NCBI GenBank assembly: GCA_043228905.1
Contig: JBHGNT010000010.1
Span: forward strand, 7,750,001-7,814,000
DNA: 64,000 nt
Direction: 5' to 3'
From: Azolla caroliniana
Taxonomy: Eukaryota > Plantae > Polypodiophyta
Position 1 is the stretch's first letter; each line of letters begins with the position of its first letter. Of this stretch, positions 24,015-37,831 are shown one piece after another. The notes under the pieces were generated by a model that saw only the letters and a program-made list of their open reading frames with translations, was not told the origin of the DNA and did no database searches. Position numbers and translations under genes: made by a program.

Positions 24015-24303
24015 CCAAACATAATGAGAATCAAATTAATCCAAACATAACGAGAATCAAAATTAATCCAAACATAACGAGAATCAAATTAATCCAAACA
24101 TAACGAGAATCAAATTAATCCAAACATAACGAGAATCAAAATTAATCCAAACATAACGAGAATCAAACTTAATCCAAACATAACGAGAATCAAATTAATC
24201 CAAACATAACGAGAATCAAATTAATCCAAACATAACGAGAATCAAAATTAATCCAAACATAACGAGAATTAAATTAATCCAAACATAACAAGAATCAAAA
24301 TAA
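24015..24303. repeat. 26-27-bp minisatellite, 11 copies
   Basis: Unit CCAAACATAACGAGAATCAAA(A)TTAAT starting at 24015, 24041, 24068, 24094, 24120, 24147, 24174, 24200, 24226, 24253 and 24279; no spacers. Confidence 0.97.
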
Positions 24304-24314
24304 AATATTGGAAC

Positions 24315-24577
24315 TTACTATCATAACTTTAGTGAAGGCATTTCCATTAGATCAACACATAAAGAGTACCATAATTCATGATATAATATAAGCCATGGCC
24401 AATTCATCCATCCATCCATGGCTATGGTTTCCATCTCTTCTTGGCCCTAACCATCCTTACTACCATAACTTTAGTGAAGGCATCTCCATTAGATCAACAC
24501 ATAGGAGTATCATGATTCATGATATAACATAGCCATCCATGGCTATGGTTTCCACCTCTTCTTGGCCCTAACCATCC
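24315..24577. repeat. ~120-140-bp imperfect tandem duplication
   Basis: CTTACTAyCATAACTTTAGTGAAGGCAT...CTTCTTGGCCCTAACCATCC twice. Confidence 0.9.
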
Positions 24578-25124
24578 CATCTGTCTGTTTTCCTGTCTCA
24601 GTTCGTTAAATTAATGGGTGGAAGCTGTCCATTTTCTCTCTGTGTGTCTCTCTCTCTCTCTGCCTCCCTTCTTCTGTTCTCTTTCCCCTCTCAGAAGCTC
24701 CCCACATAAAACGAGAGAGTTTGGTGACGGTAAGGTCCCATCTCTTTTGGTTCCCTGTTTTTCTTTTTAGTTTGTTCAAACTCTCCCGTTGTCTATTCTC
24801 AAATACGCAAATGCTTTCTGCTGTTGTTTGAATGCTTATATCTCATGAAATCCTATTGCCACTACGAGATACATTCACCCACAACATGATTTGTGTTGCA
24901 TGAGAGAAAAGAAATGTGGGATTTGAATCTATTGAGAGAGAGAGAGAGAGAGAGATCATTTCCCCACTTTGTGGTATAACCGCCTACGGATTCATGCAAA
25001 AATGTTCATCATGGTATTATGAATCAATTGAGAGGTATACATATAAGATGTTTTGATTAACATTCTTGATCATGATCTCTGTCACAGTGCAGCAATTCTA
25101 AGATCGTCACATCCTCCTCGATAC

Positions 25125-25418
25125 ATGAGAGAAACCTTACAAAACATGCAAGAAACTATACCGACGAGAGCGGAGGATACCGCCGCCGAAGAAGAATTGG
25201 ATTCTGCCCTTACACAACTCATCAATGAACTTGGGGAGGCTCTAGCCCGCCTTCGATTCGCCGAAACTGTTGAAATCCATACTTGTGAGCAATATGTGCA
25301 TTCCATAAATTTCTTGAGAAAGGCTCATCCATCCCCCCAACACATGAAGCTCTTAAGAACCCTCTTGGCCTTGTCTCAATCTCATGTTGATGGCTCGGAT
25401 GATGATACAAAGGAGTGA
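25125..25418 (+). CDS. Hypothetical 97-aa acidic, helical protein (putative orphan gene)
   Basis: Open frame MRETLQ...DDDTKE with higher GC than its surroundings. Upstream CT-rich leader and a plausible 5'-UTR intron 24730-25087 (G|GTAAGG...CACAG|); T/G-rich 3' flank. No family recognised. Confidence 0.5.
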   Translation: MRETLQNMQETIPTRAEDTAAEEELDSALTQLINELGEALARLRFAETVEIHTCEQYVHSINFLRKAHPSPQHMKLLRTLLALSQSHVDGSDDDTKE

Positions 25419-26941
25419 TTGTTTTTTGTGTGTATGATCGTATGATATTAATCAATTTGTCAATCTTACATAGATGTGTTTGGGATTGAAATTTAAATGT
25501 GTAATCAAGCAACTAACTAAAGCTCTTTGTTCCTTGTTGCTTGATATATGTCTTTGGATAATGGGATTGAAAACAAACACACAAACTGGCCTAGCATTAA
25601 CTTTTGGACTATGCATTGATGCATTTTACCTATAAAACACCTACAGTAACAACCAAACAACGAAAACACATTTGCACAAACTATTGGAATGGAAAGATAA
25701 CATAAGAGCATGGATACTTTGCATTTCCGATCAATGAGTATAGGGATGTCCAGGTAAATGTGCATGGATGGCTCAATACAATCAGAGATTTGTCTTTCTT
25801 CTCTTTTGGGAGAGTACCTTTAAAACTTAAGTATAACATAGATAAATCAATTTGTAGTGTATCAAAAATCAGAAGCAAACCACTAGGTAGTGTTGTACTA
25901 GTATCAACATCACTTGGAATGTCAAGTATCCTTGATTTCTCAATGTTTTACTTCTTTACATAACAATTGTTACTGAAGTTTCTCGGCAAAAACTTGTGAT
26001 AGATGCGATCAATTATTACATTGAGAAGTTGAATTATATAGGTCTTCTGAAGCTTAATTGCTTATCAAAATTACTTGATATTAAAGCTCAGGCAACACAT
26101 CCTTCCTCAAAACAACAATTCTCGAGGGAAATAATGGTTTAATCATTGAATTTAGATTGTTGATTGTTGATAATAAAAAATCATAGGCTCATTAATCTTG
26201 TTAGAATCAGCAAGGAATCCTCATCTCGATGGGTTATCCCACATCGAATCTACCCTAGCAAGATTTTCGCATTAACTTTTGGACAATACATTGATGTTTT
26301 TTTACCAACAAAACATCTACTGCAACAAACAAATAACAAAAACAAATTTGTACATTTCAAAGCTTCTTTATGGTGTACATAGGGAAGTGGTTTTCAGCTT
26401 TTGCCATTGTAATAGAAACATCCATATGACATACTTCAGTCTAGAAACCTCAACCTCTTCTATCACCCTCTTCTTCTGTAAGGGTGTGCTGATGCAGGTG
26501 ACATACAGTACCTATCCTTGATCACATAAATGAATATGCACTTCAAAACAAAAGCGCCCAAGAAAGTTACTGTTTGGGAGTAGGACTCTAGTTCCACGAC
26601 AGAACCAATGGTACATGATAGTCAAGTTGAAGTTCAGAAATATATCATTGAGACTTACTAATTTGATTGCTTTGAACTTGAACAAAGTTGGGTGTTAAAT
26701 ATCGACATCATCGTTGTGTGGAATTTAATCTCTAGAAGTGGAGGCATACTTTATAAGGAAGTTCGCTTTAGCGGATCTTTGCTTTTTCAAAAAATGGATT
26801 CTTCTTTGACTATATAATCTACCTCCAGATATTTGATGAGTTCTGAAAACTACAGTATCTTGCAGACAAGAGTCAGCAAAACAAAAAAATGAAATGCATT
26901 TTGTGGTATACGACACAGCATTCTTAGGCAGGCAGCCCATC

Positions 26942-29900
26942 TCAGTTTCTTGCTTCGGAGTCCTGTCTTTCAAGCAATTCTCTGATCAGAAATTCTTCTG
27001 AAACCTCTGTTTCCTGCTTTAAAGACTTCAACTTTCGATAACCCAAATCAGTGCCAAAAATCCTGCATTGGCGAGGGAATATTATGCTAGCTATTACTCA
27101 CGATTAAATCCCAAAACAATTAAAAAGCACAAAGCCAATAATTCTGCATCACAGGGGTATATTAAGCGAACTACATAAAGGGGTATATTAAGCTAGCTAT
27201 TAAAGTTTATACCTTGAAACAGTTTTAAAACAAAAATGTTCAGCAATTTCAATATACCAGTCCATATAAGTGAATGTGGATGAGTAGTTCCCAGATTTTG
27301 TATACAGAAGTCGATGATGGTAGTCATGGAAATCAGCTCTGCACAAAATTTATTGTATTAGACATATTACATTACTGACAGAAATAAGATACTGTAAGTT
27401 ATGCACTCGTTATAATCGTAATCAATATTCATCCTAGAGTTTTTACTTTTTGTACCACTTCGGCAAACTTCCATAAGCAAAAAGCTGTTAAATTAGAAAT
27501 ACCCTTACTATACCAGGCTAGCATGAAACTTACTGTTAAATTAATATCTTTGAAAGGCTAGCACGTGACTAATGAGGCCAAAAGATATGTCTTTGTGCCA
27601 CTGTACCTATGAGAAAACGTATCCTCCTATGGGCAAAATTTTAACTGTACCTCTGAGAAATGAAACAGGTGAAGTATCATATTAACTTTTGCAAATGCCA
27701 AAAAGCCCCGACGTTATGAACATAAACTGGGAAAGCAAGGATTAGGAATTAGATGTTAATATTCTCAATGGAAAGCTGTCTGATAATTCATACATGATAC
27801 TGATCCATGATAGCTGCTAAGTATTCCAAGTCTCCTGCGAGAGGATCTGTGAATCTATGGGCATATAGAGCATCCCAGCCGAAATGTTCTATCAAACTGG
27901 CATAGAAGGAAACTGTTGTATTGTCACTGGGTAGTACCTGTGACGAAATATTTAGTCTAAACATTGATAATCTCCGTAATCCATATTATGTTGGGTAGTG
28001 GCAGGTGTTGTATTCCTCTATCTCAAGCCTCTGTAAAGATTCTATATATTGCTGATCACGGTGATCCAAGGTATGTTGTGTAGCGGCAGGTGTAGTATTC
28101 CTGAACATTCTAAACTGGTAATCTGTAAAGATTCTAAATATTGCTGGTAATCCATTATATGTTGTGTATCGGCAAGGGTTGTATTCCTCTATCTCAGGCA
28201 TCTGTGAAGGTTCTAAATATTGCTGATCACGGTGATCCAAGGTATGTTGTGTAGTGGCAGGTGTAGTAACCTGCATCTCAAGCCTCTGCCATATGTAAAA
28301 TATCCTCTCTTCATCTATGTACAGACCAATATCCACATCCAGCTTGTGTGATAGCGGGCACAATTCAGCAATAACACACCTAACGTCATCAGATAAGTGG
28401 ACATCCATGAAGGTAGGGTGGCATATGAACCACCTCTGACTCCATAAATTTCATCCATCCCAAACTCCTACGAGGGGGGTAGGGGTGATAACCATGTCCT
28501 GCCATCCAACTGGGTAAGGTCCTCGTGATAACCCAACCAATTTTTGAGTCAGAGAAGGATACTTATATTGAATTCAACAAACTTGAGATGGATGTCAAGG
28601 TTTTCACACAGCCCTACTTTGGCCCCACAAGGTTGCAGCATCAGAAATAATTTGCACACTACCTAAGAAATAATTTGCACACTACCTAAGCCTTCAATAG
28701 CCCCAGTTCCACGTCTGCAGCCCCTTCTACACCCCCCAGTAATCATGTAATGTCTGAAATATTGTTGGTTGATCTATGTTACAACAAGATTGGTGGTCAC
28801 CGTACATAGATGTAAGCATGCATCTACTATGTATCTTGAAAAAGTTCTCTAGTATAATATGGTCTTAGAAGTTCACATTCTATCTATTTCATTTATAATA
28901 ATCAAAGTATGTATATTCATTATCAAAAGCTCATCCCATTGTACCCAACAAATAGCAATTCCACGGATGAAAGAAAATGGGTTCATTGCATCACAGTGAG
29001 AAAAATGATCAGTGATAAGTTAACCCCTAGGGACATTTTAGATACTGAAGCGATGACCCAATAGTTTGGCCCAAAAAAACGAGAGGCATGTGCATATTCA
29101 ACATCCCTTTGTATATGTGCAACTTCGTAGCAGCATTAGTCAAGCCTGATTAGTTTGGTTATCCTGTGAGCACTTGGATTTCTGGATCATGGTTTTCTTT
29201 AGTTCAGGCTACGAAGACTTCTATTAAGAAGGCATTGCACGAAATCCATTTCTTGTAATTTTACAAGGTTATCAGCCAGAACCTCATTATCTGTTGAAGA
29301 ACCTTTTACTTACATCCTTGCAATCACATATGCTTTTGCAACTTTATTATAATCAAAGTTTGGTTGGACATGGATTTACTTCATATTACCATAGTCAATA
29401 GGTTTCATGGAGAGACAAACACAAATGCATAAATGGAAATACCATACAGAAAGACCAGAAAAGTATACCCGCCATAAAGTGGAAATATCTTTGAAAGACT
29501 CCACGGAAAATCATAGCCACAATGAGCTTCAACAGTCTCCAGAACTCTCAATACCATCCAAAGCCAAAGTGTCAAAAGATGAGGTCCTGTTATTGCTGGT
29601 CCAAAGAAGGTTGCAAATCCAAGGAAAAGTATCTCAGCGGGATGGGCATACTCGGATGTCAGTCCAAAAGGAGTTGCATATCTGCATAGTTCATAAGAAT
29701 AAGACTAAATCATATTTAAATTACTTAATGAAGTATTCCACCATGTTTGGAATCTCACTCATGATGTACACTATGCACATGCTTGTAAAGCCATTTGGTA
29801 TGCAGTATTCTATGACCCCAATAAAATATGAAGTCTTCAAGAATAAAATATGATATAATCTGGAAAGCAACGATTTTCCTGCCAAAATAATGACAGGATA

Positions 29901-32900
29901 TCAAGGTGAGGTTGAGTCATTTTGAGAAATCCCCACTTAGATGACATAAAATTTGAAGTTATGCTTACCACGAAGGTAGCGGCAATGTAGATGACATTCC
30001 CATCCTCTTAAACACAGGATATGCGAGCATCATTAATGGCAGATTTACGCAGGTATGATAAATCAATAATCGAGTGATGCACTTCTCTTGAGCTGCTGAT
30101 GTATTCATTTTATTCTGAACATTTGCGGAGAAAGATAAAATAAGTATATCCTTACAAACAAGAAGTTTGTCTTCAGACAAGTTACATTGCTTATTAACTT
30201 TTAAACCAGCTGCCTATTACAGGCATGAATGTAAATGTATACATGCATTGGACTCACTTTGCTGAAATTGATATGCGGAGAAGAGTGGGATCCCAAGAGG
30301 AATAACTAGAAAGTATTGAAAACTAGAATGCTGACAACATTAATGTAACTAACTGATGAAAAGCCCCATCGATTAGGTGAGTTGGGCAATGATATTTCCC
30401 ACAGGAAAAACAAAACACAACATGCATGAAGCACCAAGAATTGGATCTATTGGATGAAGAGCTTGAGCATGTGTTTGGATATCCCTAGCCACAGCGTTGG
30501 CCCTTGCCTGAATACTTCTAAAAATGCAGATTTCCATGACAAAATGCAAATCCAAGAGGCTTTTATTATTGCATTGGCAAGTGATATTGATGAGAACGTA
30601 TCTTGATGCACACATTCTTCTACCGGTGCATTGATAAGCGAAACTAGTAAGGATGTATCTTAATGGACACCTCAACCAATGGCTAGTCAAGAAAGTGAGG
30701 ATACTAATGCCATTGCTTTGATGTGGAGATGGTTTAATCAATCAGATATGCAGATTTTTCATGGCTCCGTACAGATTTGCATATTACGCAGTTTGTTAAT
30801 AAGGTCAATATATCATGCATGAAAATGCAGATGTCAGATGGTATATTGTTGCACCATTATTTGTGATGATGGATTGAAACTTGGTGCAGAGCCATCATGA
30901 ATTTCTTTCTTTTGTATGGTAATGTTGCCTCTATGAGGTTACATCTAGAGAATATAAATCTAGTGAATTTATCTTCAGACACCTTACTGAAATTATCCTT
31001 GAGTGGATGCTGAAAATGTAATTTCAATATGCACTAATAACCAATGGCATTAGTGAGGTAAAAGTTGGACATTTTCCACAAGATGTACATGTCATCACTC
31101 GAATGGGGTCATTGGTAAAAATAATTGTATTATGAAACTAATTAATGATCATAAAAAAACCATAATTTCACATGGCATTGTTTGGGTCCCTTCATAAGAA
31201 AAACTGTTTCTTTGTCTACTATTCATTATGTCAAGAAATTTCTAGGATGCTACATCTAGGCAGTGCTTGAGAAAGCTTATGGTTCATGAAAAGTTCATGA
31301 AAACGGAAGGTTTTTATATCCTTTGAGAAATTGAGGTGACTCATATAATATGGCCGTTCTTCTTTTGGGAAAGATTCAAGAACAACAGTTAAAGCATGCA
31401 TTTAAATATGGAAGATTATGCCGCCACATTATCGGTACTGGCCAGTGAGAAAGCCTATGGTTCATGAAAACGTCATGAAAAAGGAAGCTTTCTATCCATT
31501 GAGGATTCAAGCTGACCCATATTATATGGTCATTTTCTTTTGGTAAAGATTCAAGAATAATAGACAAAGTATGCATTTATACATGGAAGCTTATATCTTC
31601 ATATGATAGTAAGGAGCCAGCTAGTAGACATGATACATGGTTTAGTGCTATTGAGCTGAAGTTATTACCATTTAGTAGGCTCATGATTGTATGATCAAGA
31701 ATCCAAGGAATGTGATAGGTAATGAAGGAGATAGTTGTTGGGGTATAGGCCTATTTATAAAGGCCAAAAGTCACTTATCACTTTTCGTTTTTGGGCCAAG
31801 TTCAGTGTGAGCTTGGCAAACCCTAAATGGGTCATATAAAACATAAGTTAAAAACTTTTGGATCTCACTTCTAAAGGTGAGCTCCTCCAACTATCTCTCT
31901 CTCTATCTTTTCAGCCATCGCTCTACTGCTACACCTAAAGCCCTGAGTGTTCCTCGGCCCTATTGACAATTTCTGACCCTTTCAATAGTGGCCACAAGAA
32001 TACGTGTTTTAAGTTTATTGAACTCAAGATAGTCCCATGTAATGAGCTCAATATTGAAAGATCAGGAAACTAAGAAGTATGCAAGATAGTGAGACCTCAA
32101 AAGTACAAGAGATAAAATACTTACATCTGGTAAAGAAGAACATGGACATAATTGCATGTTGTGAGATATATGGTTCATCCCACATGGAAAGAAAAGAATG
32201 TGAAGGTGAGTGACAATCTTGAGAGAGTACTCAGATGATGATTTAGCGTTGTAATATGTTCTCATTGATTACTCAAAAGAAATGTAAGGCAGAAAGTGGT
32301 ACTTCTTCAACCACACTTTCTCAAGGCATAGTAGTCTTTTGATGTGAGAGAAAGGGGCACATCTCTCATAGATAAATTGTCTCTTTTCCTTCTTAGACAC
32401 AAATGCCTGTTTTCATACATACAAACTTGAGGTTATTCCAAAAATAAAACAAAGCAGATATGATTGAATGGAGATAGCATTGAAAAAGTTGACGAGAAGG
32501 ATGACGGTCAGCTCCTCCAGTTACAAGGGTCGCAAAATGATGATGACCACAGGTGGCCATTAGCATTTGGCAATATAACTCAGGTTTTTACCTTGGCAGG
32601 GTGCTATTCTACCACTAGAACACCAGAGAACATTTAGAGAGAGCGGCAAATTCACATGGGATACATTGCATGAATGAGGAACACAAACAATGATGAGACT
32701 ATCCCTTCTTGTGATGAAATCAAACTCATGCAAGAAAATGGTATGGGAAAGAGCAAAAGGAGAAGGAAATGGGATGAATTCCTTCATATCTTATAGATGA
32801 CCAACTTTTCTTCAGCCACATTGAGACTTCATAATGAGATAAGTGGGCTAACTTGTGAATTTTTGAGGCTGGCATTTTCATTGATGGACAGGGAGGTTCA

Positions 32901-35051
32901 TAAGCGATGATGAGAAGAACTCTGAAGAGACTTTGAGGCTCTATAGTCAAAGCATCATACTTTTGGCATCTGTTTTTGTTTGCCACCAAAGTCCAATTCC
33001 CTTCCACTTATGTGGATTGCACATTTGGCTTGACTGATTAGTTCTTATTTTGTCATTTTCATTCTTTATCTAATCTCAAATTTTGACAATTCTAAAGATG
33101 ACAGGAAACACTTCATATGGTATGAGTCAGTAATTCTTAATCATAAAATTCCTGTATTTAAAATAACTTTCCTCAAAGACCATTGGGATACCATTTTGCA
33201 TACTAAGGTTGCTGAATTTGATAATGAGGAATTTCTATTCATTGACAACAATGCAGAAGCGAGACTTGATGAAATTTGTGAATCATATCAGAAGAGTTTC
33301 CACTAATATTTTGCAATTGAAACTTTTAAACCCGTTTGGTTTGTTTCCACAATCTAGCCTGTGCTCATGTTTCAAGCCTTTGGCTTGATTGAATGGTTTC
33401 ATTTAATCATTTTAACACAGCTTAACAAGGTGAAGAGCATAATGCCTCGGTTTTTCCAGAATGTGTGGTTCTTTTCATGCCAATTATAGCATATGTTGCA
33501 TTTTTTTAGTGTGTCACGCATTATATTATGCATGACATTTTTTTGGTAGCCTAAATTGCATGTTCAGTGTCCTATGGTTGTTGTAGGAGAATTAACTATT
33601 TTTCTGCTTAAGTGTAGCTATTCTAAGAAATAATTCCATTTGATGAAGTTCGTCTCTATGTTGAAATTAAGCACACTATATATATCACAAAACAGATATT
33701 TATTTGCTAATAGTGGGTTACATAGCCAAGGCTTGCAAACACACAATTTGCATTGATCAAGAGGTCTCCAGATTGATCCAGGATACATTCCATCAAATAA
33801 TAAAAGAAAAAGTGAAAAGATGCAATAGTCAATGAATCGCTTCTTCCAAAATAAGAAAGGACAAAAAGCATGTTAGAGCTGAGATATTAACATTGAAAAT
33901 GCAATTGTTTGATGTCAAGTCAAGAGTAAAGCACGAGAATGTAGTTATTTTATTAGAAGACACGGTTTTGTCATAGCTATGTCAGGATTGTTTCGTAAAC
34001 GCACCTGGATTTTGTATTTCTGGAGGCCACACATTTCCATAAAAAGGTATGGTAAACCTGACAAGAAGAAGACACTCTCATGGAGAATGAAACTTCCAAT
34101 AGATGCAAGCTGAAATTCTGTGAAATTGTCGGTCAGGTACTACAACATTACCAATACAACAAATTAGAGTCACGGATTATCGAACATACAACAATTTGAA
34201 AGAAAACATGGTAGATTAAAAACATAGAACACAAACACAGAAACACAACCACAGTGGCTACTTGTAAAGCACTTCTTAAGCAGCATGCACAACAATAACT
34301 TGAAAGTTAAAGTATTAATGCCAAGAACATGCATCACGAATCCAGGGAGATCTCCAAGGTGTTCATTTAAAAAATTTAGCAAATGTAAGAAGTATAACAT
34401 AAAAAAAGTAGCAAGAAAGAGCCATGGGAGCTTGTAGATTGAGCAAAATCTTGATGATAAATTGAAAGTTACCAGAAAACAACTTGAAATATACAAAAAC
34501 TAAGCCAATAATATAGTACCATGAGCCATCATAGCCAAAACAGATCATGTTATCAATGCACTCTTTGTCAACCAGCAATAAAACTAGATAAAAATGCCAT
34601 GATCCTATGTTTGGAAAGAAAAGGAAGCAATCAGAAAGCTGCAAGAGAAGTACCAAACAATTAAACTAGAAAAAAAGGAAATTTGCAAGGAAAAGGGATC
34701 GAGGGAGAAAACGAGATATTCGCAAGTGAAACGAAACATAAAGAGCTTTGCATGAAGCGACATGGATGAGTGAAACCCTGGGGAGAGGGATGCATCTTTC
34801 TTGACGAATGACGGAGAATTAGGAAGGAAAGTAAGGGGTGAGAAAGATATTTGCAGATAGAGACGCGTATGAAACGGGGAAGAAGAAGAAGAAGAAAGCG
34901 CATGAAAACGATGAAAAGGTCCCCCGGGGAGGGGTACAAATCAACGTTTTAAAAAACGCACAGAAACAAGCACAGACAGAGAGAGAGGAAGAGAGAATGG
35001 CATTGCATTGCATACCTGCCAAGCTTGTTCGAGGGCCAACGTGGCCGCCAT
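26942..35051 (-). CDS. SMO2: Sterol 4-alpha-methyl oxidase, SMO2 family (methylsterol monooxygenase 2), 283 aa
   Basis: Exons 35051-35016, 34139-34005, 30114-29969, 29878-29759, 29681-29469, 27338-27258 and 27062-26942, all GT-AG, in frame (852 nt). Motifs FQLASIGSFILHESVFFLSG and EYATPFGLTSEYAHPAE; His boxes HRILH, HSVHH, HDYHH. Confidence 0.96.
27730..28780 (-). mobile_element. RTE-like LINE 3' remnant in SMO2 intron 5, with internal duplication
   Basis: ORF 27986-28408 begins LSDDVRCVIAELCPLSHKLDVDIGLY..EERI (SH-L-I-GRY-type LINE motif). The QHTLDHRDQQY..EIEEYN block is duplicated. Boundaries are approximate. Confidence 0.55.
31262..31595. repeat. ~180-bp diverged tandem duplication in SMO2 intron 2
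   Basis: TGAGAAAGCyTATGGTTCATGAAAA...AAAGATTCAAGAA...ATGCATTTA twice. Confidence 0.8.
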
Positions 35052-35310
35052 AGCCAGGGCGGGGGAGGGTAACACTGGCTCTTTCCCTTGCCTTCTTCCT
35101 TCTTCTTCGCCTTTCCTTCCTTCGATATATTTTCCTGAAGCGATCTTTCTCTTCCTTCTTCTCTCTGTATGTATGTATCTGCAGGCAACAAAAAGCGACA
35201 GAGAAAGAGAGAGCGGAGGGGGCAAAAATATAAATACTGAGAATATATTTCGTTTTCCTATTTCCTTTTGTTCAAAAACTCTCCATCAAGGCTACATACA
35301 TTTGTATAAC

Positions 35311-35332
35311 AAATAAATAAATAAATAAATAT

Positions 35333-35375
<43 letters not shown>

Positions 35376-35428
35376 TCTATTTATTTATTTATTTATTTAT
35401 TTATTTATCTATTTATTTATTTTATTTA
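35311..35428. repeat. (AAAT)5 abutting (ATTT)n microsatellite
   Basis: Read directly; the two tracts are reverse complements meeting at 35330/35331. Confidence 0.95.
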
Positions 35429-37831
35429 CTATACAAATGTAGGTAGGCTTTTGTGGATGGGGATGGAAGGCCTCACTAATTTTAGCATATGAATCAAAAA
35501 TCAAATCTTTTTTGCATCCATCCATCCACATGTAGTGTACCCACCACCACCTCTTGACGCCTCGACTCGTCACGTGCTCCCTGCGGCTGCCATCTCGAAA
35601 ATCGAAAACTCGTGTTTGTTTCCCTATCGTTTCACATCTCCATATCAACCACACCTGCGTCTAATCTAGCCGAGTCGTTTCACAAAAGCCATTAGCAATG
35701 CTCCGCTTGTTCATTGGCATGTGCAGTGCCCCTATTACGGATCGAACTAATGATGAGCCAAATAATAAGAGAACACAGAGAAGAATAGATTAAGGGTCCT
35801 TAACCACACCAACTACCCCCAAGCGAATGCAATGCAGTGAGGCAAATATATAAAATACCATCAATGCCCCACACCATTGAATATTGTCCCTTGGTTGTTG
35901 AAATAACAAATCCGAAGAAGAGAGTTTAGCTTCACTAACAAAGTCTCCACGAGTGTCTTTAGATGTTGTAATGAAGAGGGTAGCCAGTTTCCTCTATATA
36001 GTTGAACACCTAAGGCTCTCGTACCACCACATGTTCTCACATGTCATAGGTCCTTATGGGTTTGTCCTAGTTCCTAGGATAATTAAATTTCCAATTTTCA
36101 TATCCTTAATCCATTAAGTTTAGCCACAAAATTCATTTGTAAAGGTTACGTATAACAATGCAAAGGCAACTTCCGCTCGAAAGCACCAAGTTCGCTTTTT
36201 CAAGCAATTCAAGTGCCAACGAACCTAAAAATGAAAATGTGTGGGTTCAAACAAAATGAATGGGGCATTCAAAAAAACATTATTACAATTAATGAGAAAG
36301 TGCATACTTGGATGCTTAATATGTTCTTGTGTGTGTTATCCTCATCAACCGCCCCTCTCAAGGTCCCAATACATCTAACTCGCTCCTAACAAAATATGGC
36401 GATTTGGTTTATTCGTTCGAAAAGAGGACATGAATTGTTTGGCTAACAAGTAGCCTTACCACTGTCCTATTGAAATGAAGAAGAGCCTTCTCATTCGTGT
36501 GGGCCAATCTATGAACTTTTCAAGCCTAGGATCAAGCTCCTCAAAAGTTACGTTGTTGAGAACCCCAAAAAAGACTACATCTACCATTCCAATCTCTTGT
36601 CAAGGTACTCATCTTGTTTCTCAAGAAGCCATATGGATCATTCTATCTTTGAGTTGCCATCGTCAGCTAAATCACTTAACCACCATGAATCTATATCCCT
36701 TACTTTTTATTAAGAGCTTCTAAGCCACCTTATGAGATAGTCTTCTCTAAGACCAGCCTACACGACACCTAAAACATAGTTCACATCGAGCAATGACGAG
36801 TGAAAAACTAAAATGCAAACCTACAATGAGCATGTCAAATACATGGTAATGTCATTTGGACTTACAAACACATCAATCATCTTTTAGTACAGGGTGAATG
36901 TCATTTTCTGAGAATAAATGGACCAGTTCACCCATTTGAACATCTTGGTCTTCACACAAACTTCACATTACACATACATATGTTTGCTTCATCCTTATCA
37001 AGCTCCACAAACACAAGTATGTTACACTAGTCCCTTAGTGATACCACAAGGACATCCAATGAGATGTAATTGAACCACAAAAACTCCAAAATAACATAGT
37101 TTTGGACTGTGGTTGGTATGTTTCTCTCATTTCTAATGGTTTCAAACAAAATATAGTGAAAACTATCGCCTTTGTGTTCTCAATATACACTCTTGAATTT
37201 CAATACATTCAGACTACCTTTTCCATAACAGTTATTTTGCAAAATGTTTGCAAGAAATGACCATAAGCATAATATGATCATATTTATGAGAAGCAAAACC
37301 TTAAGCAAAACCTGCAATTGGTGAATATCCAGTTGGAAAAGTGTACTAACAAAAATGGTTTAAATGAAATAAGTTTAGAATTATCACATTTAGAGTTTCC
37401 AAACCTTTCATAGAAGCTGGAACCACTGTCGAAAGGCTAATATCCTCTTGGAAAAGTATATGGACTGGCCATGTTATTCCATACATTTGAAATGAAACTT
37501 TCAGTATTCCAATTAAAGAAATTGAGACACTGTTGAAAGTACAAAATGGCCATTCTTATGTGCACATTTTGGAAGCCCTTCTAAAACATACGAAAACCCA
37601 ATATACATGTTATCTTGTAAATGTTGATCAACACCTGTCCATCACAAAAGTCACCTAAAACACCAATGTATGGTCGGTCAATCATGATGGTAGCAAAGTT
37701 GGAGCAACTTCCATTGATTGACCAACCAATGTCAACATCTTCTACTAAGGCTCCGCAACAAATTCAAAAGTGAATCCTCTGTTTCACTAAAAGCCATTGC
37801 ACAATGCATACTTGAAGTTATATCAGGGTTC

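Noticed and set aside
24015-24303. CRISPR-like array
   Set aside because: Units are contiguous with no unique spacers and there are no cas genes; it is a eukaryotic minisatellite.
30370-33010. Nested genes in SMO2 intron 2 (ORFs 30373-30741, 32726-33007 and others)
   Set aside because: They look like decayed LINE ORF1/endonuclease debris; no splice structure or diagnostic motif.
35700-37000. Gene between SMO2 and SKA2
   Set aside because: No coherent ORF or exon chain; probably an old LINE fragment.
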